Below, piece by piece: positions 56,723 to 64,000 of a stretch of DNA of 64,000 nucleotides. The DNA is taken from the IMG/VR virus record IMGVR_UViG_3300013233_000109, positions 1-64,000 of that record, one strand, 5' to 3'. A model generated the notes under the pieces. That model was not told the DNA's origin. It made no database searches and saw only the letters and a list, made by a program, of their open reading frames with translations. Every line of letters begins with the position of its first letter. Position 1 is the stretch's first letter. The position numbers and the translations under genes are program-made. Source of the DNA: a virus.

Positions 56723-58975
56723 GTGGATGATATAAACGACCAAGCTGAAGAATTCATCGAGATGATGACTGAAATGTTGCGCGATCCGCAAGTATCAGCA
56801 GCTGAATTAAATAGCAAATTCAGAGAATTATCATCTGGCTCCGGGAATACTAGCAGCAATCTTCAAAAGTTAGGCGATGCTGCTGACGAGTTAACAGGCT
56901 CGATGTCGCAAACATTGAAAGCATTAGGATCCGGTAATACAGAATTCACACAGCTAAATGGTCTAGTAGAGTCGGTTGGATCAGCACTTTCTGGGCTGCT
57001 AGGAAAAATACCACTAGTAGGAGTGGCACTCGAAGCAATGGGCGAAGGTGCCACTGAAGCATTTACTTATGCTATAGAACAAGCACAAATGGGCTATTCA
57101 TCATTTATTGAATTAAGTAAAGCTGGTGTAATCGGAGCCGAAGGTGTAACAGGATTAGGTCACGCAGCCGGGCAAACTGGCATACCGCTAGCAACATTAA
57201 CAAAACTATTAGGCGAAAACACAAAAACAATGGCAATGTTTGGCGGATCTGCTTTAGCAGGTGCCAAACATTTCACTGATACTATGACAGTAATGCGCAC
57301 AGGAGTAGAAACTGAATTGCGTAACCTAGGTTTCTCAACTGAAGAAATCGGCGAAACTATAATAGAATTTAAGAAACAACAAATAATGCTTGGACTACGC
57401 AGTAGTATGTCTGACAGAGAAACCGCTTTAGCAGCCAAAGAACTAGGCATAGAATTAGACTTAGTTGCTAAGTTAACAGGTGTTAGCAGAAAAGAGCAGC
57501 TGGGCATGCGAGAAGCAGCATTATCCGAAGCGAGATTTAACTCATCTTTGCAACTAAAGTACACAAAAAAGCAAGGAGACAACCTCCAGGCGTTTAACGC
57601 TAAATTACTAAGTTTAGGATTAGATGGTGTAGCTAATGGTATGCGAGATTTAACATCGGGATTTATTACAACCGAGGCGTCTCAGCAATTATTCATATCA
57701 TCAAGTGGCAAAGCAGCAGATATAATTAACAGTGTTGCCAAAGGATCGATATCATTAAATAAAGGAATAGAGCAGTTACGATTAGCCACTAAAGGAACCT
57801 ACCAAGCTCAGCTTAATTTATCACTAGCATCAGGTGACCAAGCAGGTGTATTTATTAAACAAATCGAAGCATCAAAATTGCAAGGTGCCTCGTCAACTAA
57901 ATTAGCCGAAATAGACGCAAAAATAGCACAAGATAAACAAAAAAATTCAAAAACAACAGATAAAAATACTAAGAAATTAAACTCGTCTGTAGTTAACCTT
58001 GAAACTACAGCAGCAAGAATAAATGAATTATTTCTAACCACAGCAGCTGGACCTATTGCGATCAAATCATTTAGCGACGGTCTTGACTTACTAACCGCTA
58101 AGATTAGCGATATTCTCGGTATTGAAAATAATACGCGAACACAAATCGAACAACATGCAGCTATGGCATCATACGGAGTTGATCGGGTTAGGGGCGAAGA
58201 TATTCAAAGTACAAGTAGTATTACTAATGAACAACAGCAAATTGTAAACGCATCCAATAGTTTAAAATCATCAATTGAGTTAATGACGCAACAACTAGCA
58301 GATGAAAAAGAAAAAACTAACGCAAATTCTAGTGTCATTAAAGGATTAACAGAAGGGATAGAACAACAGCGACAGACATTGCTGCAAGTTAGTGTTAAAA
58401 AAGCTAACTTCGAAGAAACAAGTAAAAAATCAGCCTACGAAATATTTAGTAAATTTGCAGCCGAAAATAGAAAAAACGATATATTTCATTCAACTGAAAT
58501 GAAATCGTTTATCAGCGAAGCAGGGCTGTCAGGCTCATACGGCCCTGAGAAACAAAAAATAATGGAATCCATAATACAAAAATCAATGGATCGCGGAGAA
58601 GAAGGTATATGGACTAAAAATAAAAGTTGGCTTGAGAAGAATATCAACAATGATTATAATATGCCTAGTAGTGTAATCAAAGCACTGCAAGGAGTCAAGG
58701 CACTAGGTGTATCAGCGCCAAAGTCAGTTATAGAGAAGCAAGAAAAACACAAAATTGAAATAATCAAAGATGCCACTAAAGCAGCTACACAAGCAACACA
58801 AGCAAATAACACGCAACCTAACGATATGCTAGCAAAAGAAATGAAAGAAGCTAATAAAGAATTGATATCAAATGGCAAGCAAAATATAACAATGTTATCT
58901 ACGCTAGATAGAACCGTGAGAGACTTAGTATTAGCAACTAACAAGCAAACACAGCTAATTGGCAATATCAGTTAA
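56723..58975 (+). CDS. Tape-measure-like protein
   Basis: 750 aa, Ala/Gly/Leu-rich helical; LRNLGFS.EE, LD.VAKLTG.SR; adjacent to the chaperone. Confidence 0.7.
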   Translation: MDDINDQAEEFIEMMTEMLRDPQVSAAELNSKFRELSSGSGNTSSNLQKLGDAADELTGSMSQTLKALGSGNTEFTQLNGLVESVGSALSGLLGKIPLVGVALEAMGEGATEAFTYAIEQAQMGYSSFIELSKAGVIGAEGVTGLGHAAGQTGIPLATLTKLLGENTKTMAMFGGSALAGAKHFTDTMTVMRTGVETELRNLGFSTEEIGETIIEFKKQQIMLGLRSSMSDRETALAAKELGIELDLVAKLTGVSRKEQLGMREAALSEARFNSSLQLKYTKKQGDNLQAFNAKLLSLGLDGVANGMRDLTSGFITTEASQQLFISSSGKAADIINSVAKGSISLNKGIEQLRLATKGTYQAQLNLSLASGDQAGVFIKQIEASKLQGASSTKLAEIDAKIAQDKQKNSKTTDKNTKKLNSSVVNLETTAARINELFLTTAAGPIAIKSFSDGLDLLTAKISDILGIENNTRTQIEQHAAMASYGVDRVRGEDIQSTSSITNEQQQIVNASNSLKSSIELMTQQLADEKEKTNANSSVIKGLTEGIEQQRQTLLQVSVKKANFEETSKKSAYEIFSKFAAENRKNDIFHSTEMKSFISEAGLSGSYGPEKQKIMESIIQKSMDRGEEGIWTKNKSWLEKNINNDYNMPSSVIKALQGVKALGVSAPKSVIEKQEKHKIEIIKDATKAATQATQANNTQPNDMLAKEMKEANKELISNGKQNITMLSTLDRTVRDLVLATNKQTQLIGNIS

Positions 58976-58997
58976 TAAATCTTAAACGTTTTAAATC

Positions 58998-59005
58998 CAT
59001 AAATA
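58998..59005 (+). promoter_or_regulatory. T4-like late promoter (CATAAATA) for portal/head genes
   Basis: Intergenic, upstream of SD TAGGA and ATG 59039. Confidence 0.7.
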
Positions 59006-59038
59006 GCAATAACATATAAAACATTTAGGATTTTAATA

Positions 59039-60748
59039 ATGGCTAGTAAAAGCAAAACCGGGTGGAAAAAGTATTTCAAAGTAGCAAACTCCGCAGGGAC
59101 AATGAGCCCAATTAGTGGATCACTGCAGCAAAACAGCGCAACATTTCGCAATTATCAAAGTAATCTGCCAGAAGTATACACCGGTCACCCAAACCGCCTC
59201 GAACGATATAACCAATACGAGACAATGGATATTGATAGTGAGATTAATGCTTGTCTAGATATTATTGCTGAATTTAGTACGCAAATAAACGAACAAAACA
59301 ATACAGCATTTGATATAACATATAACGAAAAAGCCTCAGACAACGAAATAAAAATTCTAACCGATAACCTAAAACAATGGGTCAAATTAAATCAATTTGA
59401 CAAAAGAATGTTTAAATTATTCCGTAATACAATTAAATACGGTGATCAAGTATTCATACGCGACCCGGAAACATTCGAATTAAGCTGGGTAGAAACTAAT
59501 AAAATAATACGTGTGATTGTAAACGAAAGCGAAGGCAAAAAACCTGAGCAATATATTGTTCAGGACATTAATCCAAATTTCGAAAATCTAACAGTAGCAG
59601 CAAAAACAACAAGTGATTTCCAAAGTAACCCAGTAGGTGGTGGTTATACAGCTCCACAAACTATATCACAAACAGGCGGTGGTGAACAAGGTGGATCACG
59701 TTTCACAGCCGGTCCAACAGAATCGTGTATTGACGCCGAGCATATTATTCATTTAAGTTTAACCGAAGGACTAGATTATCACTGGCCGTTTGGACAATCG
59801 ATATTAGAAAACATATTTAAAGTATATAAACAAAAGGAATTACTCGAAGACGCTATTCTAATATATCGTATACAGAGAGCACCAGAGCGTAGAGTGTTCT
59901 ATATAGACACAGGAAATATGCCAAGTCATTTAGCGATGGGGTTTGTTGAGCGTGTTAAAAATGAGATATACCAGCGTAGGATACCGTCACAAAGCGGTGG
60001 GCAGAACGCAATGGATGCTAGTTACAATCCAATTTCAATGAACGAAGACTATTTTTTTCCCCAGAACGCAGACGGAAGAGGCAGTAAAGTAGACGTATTA
60101 CCGGGTGGACAAAACCTATCCGAGATTGATGATCTACGTTATTTCAACAACAAAATGGCACGTGGACTACGTGTGCCAAGTAGTTATCTACCTAGCGGAC
60201 CAGATGACAGTGCTGATTCAAGCAGCCATGGTGATGGACGCTTAGGGACAGCACTAATACAAGAATTTAGATTCAATCAGTACTGTGAACGTTTACAAAA
60301 TCACATTATAACTAATTTAAATGAAGAATTTAAGATGTTCTTACGTTGGAGAGGATATAATATAGATGCTAGTATATTCGATTTAGCATTCAACAAGCCG
60401 CAGAACTTCGCAAGTTACAGACAATCAGAGTTAGATACAGCACGTATTGGTAATTTCGGTAGTGTAGCAGAAGTGCCGTATTTGTCTAAACGTTTTGCGT
60501 TACAGCGTTTTATGGGACTAACAGAGGCAGAAATGTTGGAAAATGAGGAATTGTGGAGAGCAGAAAATCTCGAGCAAGATGCTACAGAAGCAGCAGGAGC
60601 CGATATGCGCAGTGTAGGCGCAGGCCCAGGGGATTTCGCAGCAGATGCCGAAACAATGGATGATTTTGATGCGGATGATTTAGATGACGAGATGGAAGAT
60701 TTCGATGCTGACATTCCCGGACCAGTAGATGACGCAGAGGAATCATAA
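59039..60748 (+). CDS. gp20: Portal vertex protein
   Basis: LLEDAILIYRIQRAPERRVFYIDTGNMP, EDYFFP, LPGGQNL.EIDDLRYF, LRVP.S.L, E.RF. Confidence 0.95.
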   Translation: MASKSKTGWKKYFKVANSAGTMSPISGSLQQNSATFRNYQSNLPEVYTGHPNRLERYNQYETMDIDSEINACLDIIAEFSTQINEQNNTAFDITYNEKASDNEIKILTDNLKQWVKLNQFDKRMFKLFRNTIKYGDQVFIRDPETFELSWVETNKIIRVIVNESEGKKPEQYIVQDINPNFENLTVAAKTTSDFQSNPVGGGYTAPQTISQTGGGEQGGSRFTAGPTESCIDAEHIIHLSLTEGLDYHWPFGQSILENIFKVYKQKELLEDAILIYRIQRAPERRVFYIDTGNMPSHLAMGFVERVKNEIYQRRIPSQSGGQNAMDASYNPISMNEDYFFPQNADGRGSKVDVLPGGQNLSEIDDLRYFNNKMARGLRVPSSYLPSGPDDSADSSSHGDGRLGTALIQEFRFNQYCERLQNHIITNLNEEFKMFLRWRGYNIDASIFDLAFNKPQNFASYRQSELDTARIGNFGSVAEVPYLSKRFALQRFMGLTEAEMLENEELWRAENLEQDATEAAGADMRSVGAGPGDFAADAETMDDFDADDLDDEMEDFDADIPGPVDDAEES

Positions 60749-60756
60749 ATAATACT

Positions 60757-61002
60757 ATGAACGATTTAACTAATTTAAAAAAGAATGCAGGAATAACAGA
60801 ATCAAACGTAGATTTAAATCCTATTGTAGCAATTATACCAAACGGTAACGGACATGCAGACACTGGATTACCGTTAGATGGAAAGACTCCATTGTATTTA
60901 ATGCGAGATAGCGATGTAAACGGGTTAATTATTTCAACTGACCCGATTACGCCTGAATTGCAATCTAGATTAATTAAACAACATAGTAAGTGGCAGAGAT
61001 AA
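60757..61002 (+). CDS. Small late protein, candidate internal head protein
   Basis: Own CATAAATA (60744-60751); N-terminus LKKNAGITE resembles the scaffold C-terminus IKKLAGL. Confidence 0.6.
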   Translation: MNDLTNLKKNAGITESNVDLNPIVAIIPNGNGHADTGLPLDGKTPLYLMRDSDVNGLIISTDPITPELQSRLIKQHSKWQR

Positions 61003-61226
61003 TGATACTCACAGAATTATTTGACCCTGCTATTGAGGGCTATCAGTCAACAGATGACGATAACAGTCAGCAACAATCTTACAACATGAGAAAAACACGA
61101 TTGACATTAATGCAGCTTAATAAGATGCGCAATATCAATGACGTGCGAAACTATGAAATGAAAGTAAAGTTAAAATCAATCCAAGCACAATACGGCGCAC
61201 AAGCAGAAAGCGACGAGCCATTCTAG
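61002..61226 (+). CDS. Small head-associated hypothetical protein (start probably ATG 61002)
   Basis: MILTELF..RKTRLTL.QLNKMR..QYG; TAATG coupling to the upstream gene. Confidence 0.7.
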   Translation: MILTELFDPAIEGYQSTDDDNSQQQSYNMRKTRLTLMQLNKMRNINDVRNYEMKVKLKSIQAQYGAQAESDEPF

Positions 61227-61344
61227 AATCCCTCTAAAAAACCCTTTATTGGCCTTTTTTCGTTATAAAAACCCACTATAATAGTGTAACCTGTTAAATA
61301 AGACTATAACAAGTTATAACACACTAAATTTAGGAGATGGTTAA

Positions 61345-62178
61345 ATGAACAAGTTTGAGAAATTAATTGAATACGTCATTAATGACGAAACAGCAAAAGC
61401 GGAAGAATTATTCCATGATATCGTAGTTGAGAAATCACGCGGTATTTACGAAGGTCTTATGGATATGGAAGAGATGGGTGGCGATGCTGCTGATTCATAC
61501 CAGTCAGATATTTCAGCAGACGAAATTGGCGAAGGCGAAGATGATATGGAAATGTCAGCAGAACCAGAAATGGGCGACGAATACGCAGATGACGAAATGT
61601 CAATGGACGGTGACGTATCAGATGAAAACATTGAAGATCGTGTTGTAGACTTAGAAGACAAGTTAGACGATTTAATGGCTGAATTCAACGAGATTATCGG
61701 CGGTGACGAAATGTCAGCAGAACCAGAAATGGCAATGGGCGACGAGTATGCAGATGACGAAATGTCAATGGAACCTGAGATGGAACCACAATACGAGTCA
61801 GCAGACGAAGAATGTGATGATGATGCTGAAGAAGTTACAGAAGAAGACGAAATTGATGAAGCTAACGAACTAGATGAAAACGTTTCTTTAACTAAAGTAA
61901 CTAAAGGTATTTCTAATAGCTCCGAAGCCGAAGGCACTAACAAAACATCAGTTAATGCTAACAACAGCGGTGCTAAAAATTCATCAGCTAAACCAGTTAC
62001 TACCGGCACAAAACCAGCAAATGGCCAACCAACACCATCATACACAGCTGGAACTTCAACTACAGAGCCAAATGAATCAAAGGTTAAAGAACCTAAGAAG
62101 AAAGGTGAAGAAGGCGCTACTAATAAGAAAAGCGTAATCGAAGGCAAGCAACGTAAAACACGTAAGCGTAAAGTTTAA
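61345..62178 (+). CDS. Acidic prohead core/scaffold-like protein with basic C-tail
   Basis: AGGAG SD; very Asp/Glu-rich; lies between portal and protease like T4 gp67/gp68. Confidence 0.7.
   Translation: MNKFEKLIEYVINDETAKAEELFHDIVVEKSRGIYEGLMDMEEMGGDAADSYQSDISADEIGEGEDDMEMSAEPEMGDEYADDEMSMDGDVSDENIEDRVVDLEDKLDDLMAEFNEIIGGDEMSAEPEMAMGDEYADDEMSMEPEMEPQYESADEECDDDAEEVTEEDEIDEANELDENVSLTKVTKGISNSSEAEGTNKTSVNANNSGAKNSSAKPVTTGTKPANGQPTPSYTAGTSTTEPNESKVKEPKKKGEEGATNKKSVIEGKQRKTRKRKV
61549..61772 (+). repeat. Direct repeat (~59-65 bp, two copies) inside the core protein gene
   Basis: Copies at 61549-61607 and 61708-61772 encode EMSAEPEM(AM)GDEYADDEMSM. Confidence 0.85.
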
Positions 62179-62189
62179 CGGTAACTGCT

Positions 62190-62825
62190 ATGAGTTATTT
62201 GAAAGAGAACCTATCATTTGATGCTGCTAAGATTGTCTTAGAATCAGATGGCGATGGTGGCAAAGATTTATACATGAAAGGTATTTTCATCCAAGGGGAT
62301 GTTAAAAATGCTAATCAACGTGTATATCCAGTCAATGAAATCAAATCAGCAGTCGCAACACTAAACGAGCAAATCAAAGGTGACTATTCCGTGTTAGGCG
62401 AAATAGATCACCCAGACGATTTAAAAATCAACCTAGACAGAGTATCGCATCTAATCACAGAAATGTGGATGGACGGTGCTAATGGCTACGGTAAATTAAA
62501 ACTACTACCGACACCAATGGGCGAAACAGTTAAGGCTATGCTAACAGCAGGCGTTAAATTGGGCGTTTCATCTAGAGGCAGCGGCAACGTAAATGAATCT
62601 AACGGTTATGTTAGTGAATTTGAAATCGTCACAGTAGATATCGTTGCTCAACCAAGCGCACCCGGCGCATATCCAGAAGCTATATACGAATCTTTAATGA
62701 ATGTTAAAGGTGGGTATAAGGCATTAGGAATTGCTAAGGAAGTGAGTGAAGATATACGTGCTCAAAGATATTTAAAGTCAGAATTAATTAATGTAATTAA
62801 TAGACTAAAATGGGATAAAAGCTAA
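62190..62825 (+). CDS. gp21: Prohead protease
   Basis: GIFIQGDVKNANQRVYP, GEIDHP, INLDRVSH, TPMG, GVSSRGSG, DIVAQPSAPGAY. Confidence 0.95.
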   Translation: MSYLKENLSFDAAKIVLESDGDGGKDLYMKGIFIQGDVKNANQRVYPVNEIKSAVATLNEQIKGDYSVLGEIDHPDDLKINLDRVSHLITEMWMDGANGYGKLKLLPTPMGETVKAMLTAGVKLGVSSRGSGNVNESNGYVSEFEIVTVDIVAQPSAPGAYPEAIYESLMNVKGGYKALGIAKEVSEDIRAQRYLKSELINVINRLKWDKS

Positions 62826-62900
62826 ACACTAGCTTAAAGATTTTGCCGCAAGGTGAAAATGCTTATTGAAAAATAAGTTATATTATAGGAGATAAACATT

Positions 62901-63995
62901 ATGTTAGACGCGATTAAACAGTTGCTAGATAACAATGTCATTAACGAAGATACTTCAGTTGAGATCAACGAAGCTTGGGAAAGTAAACTTTCCGAAGCAA
63001 AAGTTGAACTTAAAGCAGAACTAAGAGAAGAGTTCGCAATGAAGTACGAGCATGACAAAACAACAATGGTTGAAGCTCTTGACAAAATGGTAACTGAAGG
63101 TTTAAACCACGAGATTAAAGAATTTGCTGAAGAGAAACAAAATTTAGCAGAAGATCGCGTTAAGTTTAAAAAGCAAATGAATGAAAATTCAACAAAATTT
63201 AATCACTTCATGACAGCTAAGCTAGCTGAAGAGATTAAAGAATTGCGCAAAGACCGTCAGATCCAAAATGAAGGCATGGAAAAATTAGAATCTTTCATTG
63301 CTAAACAACTAGCTAAAGAAATTAACGAATTCGCAGAAGATAAACGCGATATTGTTGAAACTAAGGTTAAGTTAGTAGCAGAAGCAAATAGTCAATTAAC
63401 TAAGTTAAAAGATCGTTTTGTTGCTGAAAGTTCTAAGAAAGTTCAAGCTCACATTAATGTTAAGCTGAAAGAAGAATTAACATCTTTGAATGAAGATATT
63501 AAAGCAGCTCGTCAAAATAGTTTCGGACGTCAAATTTTTGAAGCATTTAGCTCAGAATTTACAAATACGCATTTGAATGAAAATGCTATTATCCGTAACT
63601 TAAAAGGCAAGCTACAAAAGCAAGCTAAAACTATTAAAGAATCGAGAGTTACTGAAGCTAAACTAACAGTATTAGCAGAAAGTAAGAATAAAGAAATCCA
63701 ACGTATTAAAGATACTAACACACGCAGCGAAACATTAACTGACTTGTTAAGCCCTTTAAACGAAGATAAAGCAAAAATCATGAATAGCTTATTAGAAAGT
63801 GTGCAAACTTCACGTTTACAAAATACTTTTGAAAAGTACTTGCCATCTGTTATGGCTAACGATACAAAAGCTAAGCCAAAAGCTAAGCTAACTGAATCAG
63901 TTAGACGCACATCAGAAGGTAATAAGACTGCCAAGCCACAAAACACTGATACAACAAATATTGTTGATATTAAGAAATTGGCAGGGCTTAAATAA
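62901..63995 (+). CDS. gp22: Prohead scaffold protein
   Basis: Long coiled-coil Glu/Lys-rich ORF after gp21; AGGAG SD; FGRQIFEAF..EF; ends DIKKLAGLK. Confidence 0.8.
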   Translation: MLDAIKQLLDNNVINEDTSVEINEAWESKLSEAKVELKAELREEFAMKYEHDKTTMVEALDKMVTEGLNHEIKEFAEEKQNLAEDRVKFKKQMNENSTKFNHFMTAKLAEEIKELRKDRQIQNEGMEKLESFIAKQLAKEINEFAEDKRDIVETKVKLVAEANSQLTKLKDRFVAESSKKVQAHINVKLKEELTSLNEDIKAARQNSFGRQIFEAFSSEFTNTHLNENAIIRNLKGKLQKQAKTIKESRVTEAKLTVLAESKNKEIQRIKDTNTRSETLTDLLSPLNEDKAKIMNSLLESVQTSRLQNTFEKYLPSVMANDTKAKPKAKLTESVRRTSEGNKTAKPQNTDTTNIVDIKKLAGLK

Positions 63996-64000
63996 ACAGT

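Noticed and set aside
61446-62147. 233-aa Ser-rich antisense ORF and the many other opposite-strand ORFs in the track
   Set aside because: These are shadow frames of biased or low-complexity real genes, with no SD or motifs.
1-64000. Stop-codon reassignment
   Set aside because: Genes are intact in the standard code, including a 3979-aa ORF, and TAA, TAG and TGA all end conserved genes.

Overview
This is a 64-kb segment of a large, AT-rich, T4-related (myovirus-type) phage genome using the standard genetic code. From left to right it holds five blocks. (1) Two small ORFs, dihydrofolate reductase and thymidylate synthase. (2) A ~16.5-kb leftward, tightly overlapping operon of six radical-SAM/SPASM-twitch paralogues, four glycosyltransferase-like proteins, a NodU/CmcH carbamoyltransferase, a sulfotransferase-like protein and two small ORFs missing from the ORF track. 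(3) A leftward tail-fibre and baseplate module with two paralogous fibres, a gp38-like adhesin, a 3979-aa virion protein and gp6/gp25/gp5/gp53-like genes. (4) A gp55-like late sigma factor interrupted by a LAGLIDADG intein, then gp47, gp46 and an EndoVII-like nuclease. (5) A ~1-kb non-coding region, then tail chaperone, tape measure, portal, prohead protease and scaffold genes. The most notable items are: a ~400-nt highly structured, pseudoknotted RNA behind a perfect sigma70 promoter and followed by origin-like GA/GNA DNA hairpins; the radical-SAM/glycosylation cluster; the intein in the late sigma factor; and a probable -1 frameshift in the tail chaperone. All calls come from motif recognition by eye; no searches or folding programs were run.
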